A program made the position numbers and the translations under genes. The notes under the pieces are model-generated. The model was not told the origin of the DNA and did not search any database. It worked only from the letters and a program-made list of their open reading frames with translations. A stretch of 64,000 nt of DNA from positions 37,324,001 through 37,388,000 of the forward strand of contig OX597832.1 of assembly GCA_951406725.2 (NCBI GenBank). Reading direction: 5' to 3'. Below are positions 29,661 through 45,184 of the stretch, piece after piece. The number at the start of each line of letters is the position of its first letter. Within the stretch, counting starts at the first letter, position 1. This DNA is from Octopus vulgaris (taxonomy: Eukaryota).

Positions 29661-30609
29661 TTGAAATGGTTTCTGGTACAGGGAGAAAACAAGCAATTTT
29701 GAATGAATGTACTTCAGTACTTGACTTGTACTTATTTTACTGACCATGCAAGGATGAAACGTAAATCTGACTCCAGTGGGAGTCCATACTTTCATTGCTC
29801 TAACGCTTCTGCCAAATAAGAAATAAAACAACAAACAAACGAAAAAACCAGCAATATGTGATAATAAAAGTCTCTATCTTCATTTTAAAATAGTTCACAA
29901 CATAAGTGTCTCCACTTCGTATTCGGCCAGAATAAATCCTACCCATTCACGTTCTACTTGTTCTAATGTTTCTTTATCCGCCACAAATGTCTCCTTGCCT
30001 TGTTTCAAATATTAAAATGCCTTCATTACTGTATGGTGGATGGGGAAAAAGAGGAATAATTATCATTTGATGATACCAGTAATATACTTGGTGTCGTCTT
30101 CCCCAATGAGGCACGGTCTTGGTGAACCCAGCTAGACGAAACGCAGTTTCAATTCGCCTTTGTAACCAGCCACACAACGAATAATCAGAAGCACATTCGG
30201 AAACGGCAGGCCATGAATACCAATGCATCTCTATTGAAAATGTATACCTAACAACCTTCAATTTGTACCGGATTAAAATATATCCGTAACGTTAAGAACT
30301 ACACTTTTTAAGTTACCACAAGTTCGAATCAGCAAGGAGTCGTATGACGACAAAAAAAAAAACAAAAACGAAAAGGTATATAAAAATATATTACCATCAT
30401 TGGAAAAAAATAGCCACGAAATATGGAAAAAAGATACACAAAAACCGATAAAACAAACAACTACAAAAGCCTCAACACAAAAACATACAAAACAAGCTTC
30501 TGCAGCAACAATAGGTAATAGAAATATAAAGCACTGCTAAAATCTGAACCCAAAACCCCGCTATTATATTGCTAACAATCATGTATAAATGAGACTAATG
30601 AATCTTTTC

Positions 30610-30627
30610 TCTGCTAGATGGCGCTGC
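30610..30627 (+). promoter_or_regulatory. CTCF-like motif
   Basis: ctgcTAGATGGCGCtg matches the CTCF core; motif match only. Confidence 0.3.
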
Positions 30628-30795
30628 ATTAGAAAAAATCTGCGCGATAAATAATGTCGGTTTATAAAACTACATTATTACGTTAGATCTAAAGTCAGTT
30701 GTGTGAGCAGTTGATGAAATATCCATTAGGAGATCGCCCGTGACTTGATCCTAATTGAGTTGTGATCACGTTTTTACATATAAAATACACAGACA

Positions 30796-30842
<47 letters not shown>

Positions 30843-31231
30843 ACGAACACACACAGACAAACACACACACATGTACGTATACAGACAACTATATATATTC
30901 ATTTGTTATATATATAAATATATACATACATATATACATTTATATATACATACACATACACGAATATAAATATATGCATATAAATATATATATATATCAA
31001 CGTGTGTATATTTTATCTGTGTATACATACACACATATATATATGTAAATATACATGCATAGGTATATAGATACGTATATATATATATATATATACATAT
31101 CTATCTATATGTATATATATATACATATACATATCTATCTATATGTATATATATATATATCCATATAAGTGTATCTATTTATTCATATTATATATATAAA
31201 TATAATATATATATGTACTTATATATATATG

Positions 31232-31285
<54 letters not shown>

Positions 31286-31354
31286 CACATATGTATATAT
31301 ACATACATATATACATATATATATACATATATATATATACATACATATATATAC

Positions 31355-31385
<31 letters not shown>

Positions 31386-31497
31386 TATATATACATACAT
31401 ATATATATATATATTTATATATATATATATACATACATACATATATATACATACATATATACATACATACATATATATATACATATATATACACACC

Positions 31498-31550
<53 letters not shown>

Positions 31551-32322
31551 ACATACATATATATATGTATAATTTTTATGTAGAGTGAAAGGGTTAGAAG
31601 CCTACAGTTAATTTGAAATAGTTTGGCTATCAAAAAGTGCCACATTATTCCATATGTATTGAAATGTATACTTAAAATCCTCTTTAAAAGCCAATATTAC
31701 AAACACAGCGCGCGTGTATATGTATATGTGTGTGTGTGTGTATGTGTATATATATATTTGTATATATACACATGTGTGTTTGTGTGTATGTGTGTGTGTA
31801 TTCATATGTACACATCAATATAGAATTGTTCTGAATAGGGTGGTGATTAGTACGTTCTAATGATGATAATGCTAAATAGATGATGTATACATGCATTCAA
31901 GTTCATATATACCTTGATTTACAATTATATGACTCAATGAATGCATTAAATATAAACGAATTAATATACATACATACATACATACATATATACATACATA
32001 TATATATATATACATTTACATACATATATATGTATATTTATATACACATACATACATACACATGCACAAATATATATATGCATATATACATATATACATA
32101 TATAAATATATATATGTGTGTATATATGTATATATATATTTATATATATATATATATATTCATATTTATCTATATATATATACATTTATATATGTATGTA
32201 TGTATATATATCACAACATTTTATATATGTTTATGTTTATATCTGTGAGTATTCATATATTGTGCATTAAAATTCTATACATATAGATATACACACATAT
32301 GTAAGTATATGATATATATATG

Positions 32323-32419
<97 letters not shown>

Positions 32420-32496
32420 TATGCATACTTATATACGTCATATATATATAAATATAAATATAATATTAATGTATACGTTTATATTATACATTACGC

Positions 32497-32533
<37 letters not shown>

Positions 32534-32976
32534 CTAAACACATATATATATATGTACATATACATATACATACATATATATATGTATGTACATGCATACC
32601 TGCTCACATCTATATATCCATATTGCGTGTCGAGTTGAATGTACAGTTTCACTAATGAATATATGTGTGTGTATATGCATATACTGCATGCGTATGTATA
32701 TATGTTTTTATTTTCAGGGTATGTAATTGCGCAGCACGCGCACACGTGTGTGTGTGTATATGTGTGAGTGTGTGATCACGTGCTATCTGTAAATTTAAAA
32801 TGAGAATTTTACTTAATAAAATTGATGATCATTTCTTAAGAGCGAACATTTCCTAAATGTTCGCAGTTCTTGATGATGATTATGATGTCGACAGTGTTGG
32901 TGGTGACGTCGGTGGTGATGATGATTATGATGATAATAGCAATATTTTTCAGTAACGAAATCTACTGCCGTATATA

Positions 32977-33007
<31 letters not shown>

Positions 33008-33081
33008 TGTATGTATGTATGTATGTATGTATGTATACTCATATATATTTATATATACACTTATATATATATATATATACA

Positions 33082-33135
<54 letters not shown>

Positions 33136-33689
33136 CACACTCTTTTACTCTTTTACTCGTTTCAGCCATGTGGCCGTGGTCATGCTGGAGCACCACCATG
33201 GTCTTTCTGTCTTCTTCAGTCACAAATATATATATATATATATATATGATAGATATAAATGTATGATATATATATATATTTATGTATATGTATGATATCT
33301 ATATCTCTCTCTCCCTCCCTCCCTATGTATATATATGTATATTTATGTATGTATACATATATACTGATACTAATCATATACAGAATGACCTAGATGCCAT
33401 ATATAGAAGGACTGAATATTCTGGTTTTATGGTGGACATTATTTACCCAGTCGTCTGGACTCCTGCTCTCAATTGTGGTCATCGTACAGAGTGAAATTAA
33501 TGCCAGAACTTGAAGCCGTTCAGCAGTGTTACCCCAGGAAGATTGCAAATATCCTTATCTATCTATCTTGGGCCGACCAGAGCATTGTGAGGGGATTTGG
33601 CAACCGGAAACTGAATGAAACCCGTCGTTAGTCCTTGTTTTCGTATACATTCGTTGCTTTCTTCCAAGGAATCTAATGCTCTTAGCTTA

Positions 33690-33889
33690 GTTTTTCCTTG
33701 GGGATGACCGGATTGGAGCAATCTCGAATATAACCTGCCGAAATTGCAAAGATAATCTGGAACTCGACTGTCGAGAGAAAAATCCGAATGACTCGTCCTT
33801 GTTTTCTTTGTATCGTCTATCTGGATGTTTTGTTGTCCCTTTTTGTATCACCTTACTGTCTGGATGTTTTGCGTTCTTGTCCCATTTTG

Positions 33890-33893
<4 letters not shown>
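33690..33893 (+). mobile_element. Penelope pLTR-like remnant ending at (TA)n
   Basis: ccggatt/aatctgg stem enclosing tcgaata...cGAAAttgc; T-rich tail gttcttgtcccattttgtattata also at 40548-40572. Confidence 0.4.
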
Positions 33894-33925
<32 letters not shown>

Positions 33926-33929
33926 AAGC

Positions 33930-34245
33930 ACACCGTCGGTTACGATGATAAGGGTTATCAGCTGATACGTTCAACGGAACACCTTGCTCGTGAAATTAAC
34001 GTGCAAGTGGCTGAACACTCCACAGACACGTGTACCCTTAACGTAGTTTTCAGGGAGATTCAGTGTAACACAGTGTGACAAGGCTGGCTCCTTTGAAATA
34101 CAGGTACTACTCATTTTTGCTAGCTGAGTGGACTGGAACAAGATGAAATAAAGTGTCTTGCTCAAGGACACAATTTGTCGCAGGGAAATGAACTCACGAC
34201 CTTGCGATCGTGAGCTGAATGCCATAACCACTAAGCCACGCGCCT
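33930..34245 (-). mobile_element. tRNA-derived CORE-like SINE sharing the family C tail
   Basis: Minus strand ggcgcgtggcttagtgg head, gtgtccttgagcaagacactt core, tail matching 6510-6670. Confidence 0.85.
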
Positions 34246-34254
34246 TGAATATAT

Positions 34255-35017
34255 ATAAAAAACAGAGTACAAGACGAAAAACAGAGTATAAGACATACAA
34301 CACAAGGAATATTCCCCTTCTTCCATTATCCCTGTTTTGTCTACTCTGCGTTCCGAATGTAAGGACAAGACGCGACTTCGTTGGAACAGTCCTTCCCGCA
34401 AAGCAAATTAAATAAAATTTGGGGTTTTTTTGCGGAGGGGTAAAAGTGGTAACAAGAACAGGACAGTAAGAACAAAACGAGACAGTAAAAACAATACAAA
34501 TAAAAACAGTAAAAGACAGAACAAAGAGAATAACACAGTAAAAACAAACGATGAGGTTTGTTAAGTCAAGACGATGGAAAAAATATTTTGAACGCATTGA
34601 GACAGCTTAAGAGAGGGACAGGATAAGCCGTCTTGTCTCAGTGATGATAGCACTTGGAAAGATTGCTTCCCCCTGGTCACGTGTCAGTGACGAGAGAGTC
34701 AAGGAGGAAGAGGAGGAAGAAAGAGGGAACGGTGAAGGGAAGAGGAGAAGAATAGGCAAGGGTGGGAAGCCATCTTTCCAACTGTTTGAAAAACGTTCGT
34801 TTCCATGTTTTTGTTTTTATGTTTTCGTTTCTCATTGTGTTCAACGTTTTTTGATGTCCTGTACCCATATATGCATGTATACACACATATATATGTAGGT
34901 ATGTATATATATGTATGTATATATGCATATATTTATATATTATTTATATTATTATATGATCGAATGCCTCGCATCCTTTTCCAAGTAAGTTTTATCTTAA
35001 TAATTATGACGCACTCT

Positions 35018-35064
<47 letters not shown>

Positions 35065-35161
35065 CTCTTCATCCTTTCTGATTTTGTCTCCCATCCTTCC
35101 CTATTATTCTCCTCTCCTCTTCACCGTTCTCTCTTTCTTACTCCCCCTCCTCCTCCTCGAC
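34255..35161. mobile_element. Family P compound locus: forward Y-Z-W then inverted W-X-(TA)n-Y
   Basis: 34698-34768 and 35090-35161 are imperfect inverted copies; modules match 886-1370 and 55500-56065. Confidence 0.65.
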
Positions 35162-35298
35162 ATATATATGTATGTTTATATATATATATATATATATAAA
35201 GTTCAGCAAAATTTAGATTCAGATGAATATGGTACTTAAGTTAAAGGCACCAGAATTTGGTATGGTATTATCCATATAAATCAAATGGGGTGATTATA

Positions 35299-35407
35299 AT
35301 CAAAATAAGCAACAAGGATATCCAAGGTAGAGTAGTACAATTGTTTCATGCTACTTCATTTTATTAAACACTACTCTGCCTTGGATATCCTTGTTGCTTA
35401 TTTTGAT
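35299..35407. repeat. 38-bp-arm inverted repeat with 33-nt loop
   Basis: atcaaaataagcaacaaggatatccaaggtagagtagt / actactctgccttggatatccttgttgcttattttgat, one G-T mismatch. Confidence 0.92.
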
Positions 35408-36652
35408 ATATATATGTATATATATATATATATATATACAATATACGCGAGCAATGTGTCTGGGATTAAACAAGAAAAAAATAACGGTAGAAAAGGATAT
35501 TTCTACCAAGTGGTCACTCGACCTTCTAGAGAGAAGCCTTATCTGCTGCAAATTACACCGTGTTGTCTGAAAAAGAATATCTCGGACTTAATAACGAATG
35601 TATTCCTACATTTAATAAGTGTGAAAAAAGAAAAGAAGGAATGAGGAATGGTGACATGCTTTTGATCAAAGGTCAGCTGGATTAGGGATAATCTGGGGCT
35701 GAGTAGCAACAAGAAAGAAACGAAAAATATTACACATATCTCCAGGTGTAAGACCAAATTTAAATTCTTTATATATACGCATATATATTCTTTATATATA
35801 TACTGTGCGGTGCTATGTATCACACGGATACGGACTGGATAACCGACCAGATATCATTATTAAAGACGTAAAGAAAATGTATGCAATAATTAAAGTCATG
35901 TCTCTCAGACAATATGTTTTGGAGAGATTGTGATAAGTTTCCTAACGATAGAGTCGTGATGCTGCTGCTGCTGCTGATTATATGGTTGATGGTGATGATG
36001 ACAATGATAGCGATAATAATAACAGGAAGGAGGATTATAGTCGTGTTGGTGAGTGTTGGTGATGAAGATGATCATGACCGTAGTGGAGATGATAATGCTG
36101 CAAATGCTGGTGCTGCTGCTGATGATGATGATGGTATAGGTGCTGGTGGTCGTTTGCATGAGTACAGTGTAGGAGTTACTGGAACAATAAGACTTTGAGA
36201 AAGACGGAGAGCAAGGTGAGAATTGAAACCACCTTGTTGGACGAATAGAATGGTTGGTGTGAAGCGGGGCTGGAAAGGAATGGGTGGCGTTGAAGACTGG
36301 ATGGCTTGTGTTGGTGGTTGCGTAGTTGTATGCGTGGTATAGGTAGTGTTAGTGGTGTTGGGGGGGGGGTGTTAGATTTCTCGAGATTAAACCAGTGTGG
36401 TGGTGATATCAGTGGTATTGTTGACATTGCTGGTGGTGGGGTCGGCAGCGCTGGTGGTTGTGCGGTGATGTTGATGTGACGATATAACTAATATATTATC
36501 CAGCTGTGGGTTGTGGAATATCGTGACCTACCATACAGATTTTCAAGATTAAATCTCAGTATCCAAATAAATAGGTGAGATCGAAGAATATTAAAATAAT
36601 GAACTCGATTGCTGTTTGTGTGTGTATGTGTATCATATGGTTTGGTTATATA

Positions 36653-36688
<36 letters not shown>

Positions 36689-36999
36689 AATATGTATGTA
36701 TGTATACGTGTGTACGTCTATGTATGTATATACCTATGCGTGTATATGTTTGTATGAGAGTGTGTGTGTGTATGCATGACTATGTGATTGCATGTGTGTG
36801 AATGAATGTCTGTGTAAGCGTGCGTGTGTATACGTGTATATGTGTGTGTGTGTCAGTTATAGAGTTTGTAATAGAAATATTAATGTGTCCAGGTACTGCA
36901 CTAAAACATTCACCTTTGATCATTGTCATACACACACACATACATACATACATACCTGTCTGTCTGTTTGTCTGTCCGTCCGTCCGTCTGTCTGTCCGT

Positions 37000-37088
<89 letters not shown>

Positions 37089-37499
37089 ATCTGTCAATCT
37101 CTGTGTGTGTGTATATGTGTGTATGTGTGTGTGTCTAGCTGTTCACCAGTCTGTCTGTCCGCCCGTCTGTCTGTCAGTTTGTCTGGCTGTCTGTCTATCT
37201 GCACAAAACATACATATATACAGAATATATATGTACTCGTAAATATTCATATTGCATATACAAAATACACACATATATATATACGTATACATACATACTA
37301 CATACATATGCATATACATATATATACGTATATAATATGTATATATACATACATATATACATATACATATATATATGTATGTATATATATATATATATTT
37401 ATATATATACATACATATATATACACATACACATACATGTATATATAACAGGCAAGTTAAATATAAGTTCACCATCATAATTATTAGTCTGATGCTCTG

Positions 37500-38290
37500 A
37501 GACCAAACGATAAAATATTTTCCCACAAAAAATTGGTCTGTTCCACCAGGCTAAGAAGGCTGGGTCCATGATCATCAATGAGGATGAAAGTGACCTGTCA
37601 GTTCGTTCCAACGAAGTCATACAACTCAAAGTCACCGATTTCACGAACCCTGGGACTCTATGTTTCTGTTAGTAAGAAGGTATTCCTGATTCGAAAAGGA
37701 GGAGCCTGGCGTGCTTGCATTCAAGTATATCAAAGCGAATAAGGCTGGCCTTTTTTTCATGGCTTGTCTGGAGATCATTCTATTCAAGGAAGTGGAAACG
37801 TGGACAACGAAGAAGGAACTGCAGGTTCGCCTAAATGGTATGTACACCAGCTTAAGGCGGCAAACTGGCAGAACCGTTAGCACGTCGGGCGAAATGCTTA
37901 GCGGTATTTCGTCTGCCGTTACGTTCTGAGTTCAAATTCCGCCGAGCTCGACTTTGCCTTTCATCCTTTCGGGGTCGATTAAATAAGTACCAGTTACGCA
38001 CTGGGGTCGATATAATCGACTTAATCCGTTTGTCTGTCCTTGTTTGTCCTCTCTGTGTTTAGCCCCTTGTGGGTAGTAAAGAAATAGGTATGTACACCGG
38101 CTTTCTTTCGAGGGCGTCCAAAGCATTTCATAAACGAGCACAAAGCAAAAGAAGAAAAATTTCGGATACATTCAGCTTGTCTCTGTTATTGTGGCTTAAT
38201 CTTAAGGTAGGCTTTTCTTGGTTATTGATATCATGCTGTACACGAGGCCATCAGATGTAGAGAACGAAGATCACTCATTACATTGATGTT
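37500..38290 (+). pseudogene. Old RTEX/RTE-like LINE fragment interrupted by a SINE
   Basis: FFMACLEIILFKEVETWTTKKELQVRLNGMYT resembles F.A.VES.LLYG.E.WT.......LDG.YTR; upstream LKVTDF. Confidence 0.6.
37854..38086 (+). mobile_element. SINE family A, full length
   Basis: 17-bp TSD ggtatgtacaccRgctt (37837-37853 / 38087-38103). Confidence 0.93.
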
Positions 38291-38661
38291 ATTGGCGGAT
38301 ATACGCGATGAATGGGAGATAGAGATCCTTGGTGCGGCGTGGTGGAATGCGTTACGGTTGCGGCCGGTTGAAGAAGAAGAACTTATGAGGATTACCTAAT
38401 GGGGAGCTACAGTATGAGAAAGAAAGAGATGAATGAAAAATGTGCGGGCCGAGGTAATTAGGATTGATTGCATGACGTTTGGGAGAGAGGTGTCCTGATG
38501 GAGTCAACTTCACTTGTCTTTATCAACCACTCAAAGAATGAAAAGCAGACTTCGCCGTTGCAGGATTTGAACTCAGAACTTAAAGAGTCCTTAAATAAAT
38601 ACAGCAAATTATTCTAATCAGTACACTACCTGTTTCCTGAAAATAATTGTTGAGCTTCGAG

Positions 38662-38860
38662 CCACTAGATCGGAACATAGTATGCATACATACATACATA
38701 CACAGGCGTATGTACGTACATACATACCACTAAATCGGAACATAGTATACATACATACATACATACATACATACATACATACATACATACATACGTACAT
38801 ACATACATACATACATACATACATACACAGGCGTATGTACGTACATACATACATACATAC
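38662..38860. repeat. Local tandem duplication with expanded internal (CATA)n
   Basis: ccactaRatcggaacatagtat-(CATA)n-cacaggcgtatgtacgtac occurs twice. Confidence 0.85.
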
Positions 38861-39135
38861 ATACATACATGCATGCATGCGTGTATACATACATACACAC
38901 ATACATACGTACATATATATGACGAACTAACTGTTACTTTCTCAGATGCAGCACGGATTTTTGTCAGTGAACAGGTCGCGGGTCTTAAAGCGACGAAAAT
39001 ATTTTCACAAATTAAACTTAAATGTTGAAGTGAATCGAACGGATCTTGTGTGTTTCTTAAATGGCTTACAAACACCTTCCACGCTGCAATTGTTAGTATG
39101 TTAGAAAAACAGCCAAATACTTCTTAAATGTTAAC

Positions 39136-39300
39136 AGGCGCGGGCGTGGCTGTTTGGTAAGAAGCTTACTTCCTTACTACATGGGTCCGTGTTCAGTCCC
39201 ACTTTGGCCCTTCGGCAAGTATCTTCTACTATAGCCCCCGAGTCGCCTAAAGCCTTGTGAGTGGATTTGGCAGACGGAAACTCAAAGAAGCTCCTCGCAT
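39136..39300 (+). mobile_element. SINE family B 5' half
   Basis: gcgtggctgtttggtaagaagctt...gtgagtggatttggcagacggaaact. Confidence 0.85.
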
Positions 39301-39522
39301 ATGTGTGTGTGTCTGTCTATCTATCTATTTATCGATTTTTTTTCTTTTTCCTTTTATTTTCATTTTTTCCTCATTTTTTTTTTTTTTGCTTTCCTCTTTC
39401 TTTCCATTTACGATCCCTTTTGATCGAAAACCAACCCCACTTTTTTTTATCCCCCAAAAGAAAAGCTCTACCTTCTAATTTGTCCCGTCTGTGTGCAGCC
39501 CTGTGTGGCTAATAAAGAAACA

Positions 39523-39697
<175 letters not shown>

Positions 39698-40091
39698 TTA
39701 GCAATCTATCGATGCATATAATGATTACACAAGCATCATTCGTATCCATTTATACGTATACACACACATACATATACATATACAGACACATGTAAAGAGA
39801 AGGGGAGAGGGAGGTGTGTGCAAAAACTAATGATGCTTGCATAATCATCATAAGCATGTGTGATTATATGCACAAATATTCGGACACACATACGCACACA
39901 TACACACACACATGTAAGAACACACACAAATACACACACACACATTTATATAAATACCCATACAACCATGCATATATACGTATATGTGTGGTGTGCGTGT
40001 TTGCGTGCGTTCATTCTTATTGCATGTGTGCATGTGTGCATGTGTGCATGTGTATGCGTGTGCGTGTGTGTATGCATATGTGCATGTGTGC

Positions 40092-40135
<44 letters not shown>

Positions 40136-40736
40136 CAAACGAAATTATTATTATTATTATGCCGGTAAGAATGAGAACCTCAGACGAACCGAAACCGTAA
40201 GCAGACAATTTGACGCCTGGAGCTGGTTCGTTCTTTAAGTAGTCGTCACACGTGATCAAGCTTCGGATTTACTGTTACCCACACTCCCAACCCCACACCC
40301 CAACCATACAACCACCGGTGATCCCCCACCCACCACCCTCTTCCCTCTAAATAACATACTATAATCGCCTTTTTGTTTGTATCTCAACATTATGCTGCAC
40401 AAACACATTGGGTTGTATGTGTGTGTATCTACATGGATGGATGAATGAATGAATGAGTGTTCGTGAGCGCGTGTGCATGTATATATGTATATATATAAGA
40501 AAACAAAGTGTACGTACGCCGCTATATATATGTATATATAAAATACAGTTCTTGTCCCATTTTGTATTATATATATCTATATATATCTATATCTATATAT
40601 ATATATATATATATACATACATACGAAGAGAGAGAGGGAGAGAGAGTGAGAGAGGGAGAGAGAGGGCTATATATATATATGCATAGTTATATATGTGCAT
40701 ATGTACATATATATATATATACATATGCATAGGTAT

Positions 40737-40775
<39 letters not shown>

Positions 40776-40819
40776 CGTATATGTGTGTGTATATATATAG
40801 AGAGAGAGACACACACACA

Positions 40820-40863
<44 letters not shown>

Positions 40864-41270
40864 TATGTAGATACAAACATATGTGTATGTGTATGAATAT
40901 TATTGTTTCTGTATGCGTATATATATACCAAGAGCAGAGTGGGGAAAGCTGATTCGAACATTACAAATCGAAGCCATCACTGAAAGTAAAAATTTGTAAA
41001 ACTTTGCAAAAGTCTATCATTTAACTATTTATGAACATGCCTAGACGTGCAACTATATGCATGAGAATGCTTATATAAAGCAAGGCATACTAATCTGCAC
41101 ATGCACCGACCCCCAATACTGCACATATACACACATACATGTAGAATGCCCTGTTGATCATGGTGGAATTCCATTAGAAAATTCCGTTAGAAAACGGCCA
41201 TTTCTCTATTGGCTAGAAATAACGAAATAAAATAGAATAATGACATACATACGTACACACACGCGCACAC

Positions 41271-41327
<57 letters not shown>

Positions 41328-41387
41328 TATATTCAAATACATGTATAAATGAATGCTTTCATATACTTACATACACAAATATATGTA

Positions 41388-41602
41388 CTCTTTTACTCTT
41401 TTACTTGTTTCAGTCATGTGGCTGCGGCCATGCTGGAGAACCGCCTCTAGTCGAGCAAATCGACTCCACGACTTATCATTTGTAAGCCTAGTACTTACTC
41501 TATCGGTCTTTTTTGCCGAACCGCTAATTTACGGGGACGTAAACACACCAACATCGGTTGTCAAGCGATGTTGGGGGATAAACACAGACACATAAACATA
41601 CA

Positions 41603-41682
<80 letters not shown>

Positions 41683-41842
41683 TACGACGGGCTTCTTTCA
41701 GTTTCCGTCTACCAAATCCACGCACAAGGCTTTGATCGGCCCGAGGCTATAGTAGAAGAAACTTGCCCAAGGTGCCACGCAGTGGGACTGAACCCAGAAC
41801 CATGTGGTTGGTAAGCAAGCTACTTACCACACAGCCACTCCT
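41388..41842 (-). mobile_element. SINE family B, full length, with internal (TA)n(TG)n microsatellite
   Basis: tRNA-like head, accttgggcaagt CORE-like motif, microsatellite, tail ending (agtaaaag)n. Confidence 0.92.
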
Positions 41843-41932
41843 ATATGAATATATAAATACAAACACTCATTCTCTCTCTTTTCCTCTCTTTCTCTCTCAC
41901 ACACACACACACACATATATATAAAGATAGAC

Positions 41933-41991
<59 letters not shown>

Positions 41992-42002
41992 CAGATAGAT
42001 AT

Positions 42003-42059
<57 letters not shown>

Positions 42060-42066
42060 CAGATAT

Positions 42067-42116
<50 letters not shown>

Positions 42117-42286
42117 GAGAATCTGTATGCTTATATACACGTATATCACAAATGTGTGTCTGTGTATATATCCCCATTTTCATATACATACACGCATATA
42201 AATGAATATATGTGTATGTGTGCAATATATTCACATGCTTAAACATATATTTATACAGTTGTATATCAACGCACTGTTGAGTATGC

Positions 42287-42336
<50 letters not shown>

Positions 42337-42874
42337 TACGCGCGTGCCATGTGTTATACGTAGGTGTGTATATATTTATACATTTTGAGATATTATACAT
42401 GATTAAGCGGCAACTTGTTAAAATTCTTTAAACATAATTCCATAGGTACACGCTATCATACTCGTGCATACAGGTATTCAAGCATACATGCGTGCATACG
42501 CACATACGCGAATACAGGCATGCACATACCTACGTATGTACCTATGCACACATAAACATGCCTTCCTAAGTACAGAGATGCTTACACACGCGTGCACGCG
42601 CACACACACACACTGTCTTTCTCACACACAAACATCTAAATATATATATGTATGCATGTATATGTATATGTATATATGTATATATGTATAAATATATATA
42701 TATATATATATACATATATAAATAATATATGATATACATATATATGATATCTATATGGTATATGTATGATACATACATACATATACTCTTTTTACTCTTT
42801 TACTTGTTTCAGTCATTTTGACTGTGGCCATGCTGGAGCACCGCCTTTAGTCGAGCAAATCGACATCGGGACTT

Positions 42875-42913
<39 letters not shown>

Positions 42914-43074
42914 CCTCCCACACAATATATTATATATATTCTTGCATATATATGTATATGTGTGTATAAATATATGCATGTATGTATGTATATGGATAAA
43001 TTATGCATATATATATATATCTGTATATATCTATTTGCATATACATATAAATATGTATATATGCACATATGTAC

Positions 43075-43123
<49 letters not shown>

Positions 43124-43629
43124 TGTGTGCAGTGTGTATATGCCTGTATGCGCATGTGAGTGTATATGCATGTTTGTGTGTGTGTGTGTATACGCACTTT
43201 TGTGTACTAATGCGAGGTTTAACATTTCCAAACAGATCCATGCACAGACGTTCTCCTGTATTATGACTGTTTGATGTAAACGTTAGACGAGATTAATTAG
43301 AATGGAATGCGAATTTCAAATATCTCCCGCCTCCTTCTACCCTCTTACCATCTCTCTCTCTCTCTCTCTGTCTGGCCGTCTCTGTCTATCTGTCTGTCTC
43401 TGTCTTTTTCTTTCCCTCTCTCTCACTCTCTCGGTCTATGCATGTGTGCGTGTTTATGTTTGAATGTATATATATCTATTTGTATATATATAAATAATAC
43501 AGACAAACAAGCTATTTGAATGCATGTAGTGTATACAAGCGCGCGCACACACACACGGTCACATACATATATCTATACATATATGTAGAGATATCTGTGT
43601 GTGTGATACATAGATAGATGGATAGATAG

Positions 43630-43682
<53 letters not shown>

Positions 43683-43830
43683 AGCTGAAAATTCGAAAAG
43701 GGAGGGAGAAAGAGGAGGAAGGGGAGTTCTTTTTGTGGTTGTTAATGTGGATATTAACATGGGTGAATGACAGAATAGAATTTGTTACTTTAGGAACAAA
43801 CAATAATGACTGACTAGTGTCTTGTACATG

Positions 43831-43900
<70 letters not shown>

Positions 43901-44096
43901 TATGCATATATAAATACACAGATAAACGTACATTTATGCATGCATATATGTGTGTGTGTGTAAGTATATACATATATATATGCATGTATATATGTATATA
44001 TACATATATATATATACACATATATATATACATACATATATACATATATACTTATATATACATATATATATACATATATATACATATATGTACATA

Positions 44097-44469
44097 CTAG
44101 CAGTATCGCCCGGCGTTGCTCAGGTTTGTAAGGGAAATAATTATAAAGCATTTTTAGAGAGTTATAGCCAAAAAATAGAAAAAAAATGATGGTAAATTTT
44201 TTTTGAGAGTTAAAAAAGGTGGAGTTGCGTCCCCTAGACGGTCTGTGGTTTGGGTTTCTGATTCTCGACCCCATGTCGAATTTATCGATTTTTTTCAGAA
44301 CTGGGGGAACTTTTCAAAATTTTCGCTGCGTTAGTTTTGAATTATGACATTGGGCTATGTGTGTGTCAAGTTTCATCAGAATCGGTTGAAAGCCGTGGTC
44401 AGGGTGAGGGTACGAGAAAACAGACACACAGAAAACGCACAGACAAACTGCCGTTTATATAGAGAGAGA
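44097..44469 (-). mobile_element. Non-autonomous Helitron
   Basis: Minus strand 5'-TC...cctgagcaacgccgggcgatactg-CTAG-3', inserted between A and T, no TSD. Confidence 0.8.
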
Positions 44470-44627
44470 TATATGCATATATATTCATATATACATATAT
44501 ATACATATATACATATATATATATTTATACATATATGCATATATATACATATATACATATATATATACATACACATATGTGTGTGTGTGTAATCTATCTA
44601 TCTATCTTCATACATACACGTGTTGGT

Positions 44628-44835
44628 GGAGGGGGCTGAAAAGTTCTTGGCTTTGGGTAAAATAATATACAGGAGGATCAATTAATTAAGATTTTACTCA
44701 ACATATTCCTCTCTCAGTTTCCCATAATTATTGCAGCAGTCCTTCAGTTTTTTTTTTCTAAGCCCTGGAAAAGAACTCGGAAGCTTGAACCTCCAACCAG
44801 GCCTCTCACGACTCCCATAAAGCCAAGAACTTTAT
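44628..44835 (-). mobile_element. Mariner-derived MITE
   Basis: Inverted aaagttcttggcttt / aaagccaagaacttt; minus strand QGLEK..LKDCCN..KLREEYVE* mariner C-terminus. Confidence 0.7.
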
Positions 44836-44936
44836 AAAGATAGATGGAGAGATAGACTGATAAATAAATTTGATACCTTTACATACACACACAAATGTTT
44901 CGCATCCAGAACACACTTGGTGTACCTAAAGCATTT

Positions 44937-45087
44937 AGGCTGTGGGTGAGATGCTTGCTTCACAACCACATTCTTCCGGGTCCAATCCCACTGCGCGGCA
45001 TCTTGGGGAAGTGTCTTGGACTATAGCCTCTGGTCGACCAAAGCCTTGTGAGTGGATTTGGTAGACGGAAACTGAAAGAAACCCGTC

Positions 45088-45184
<97 letters not shown>

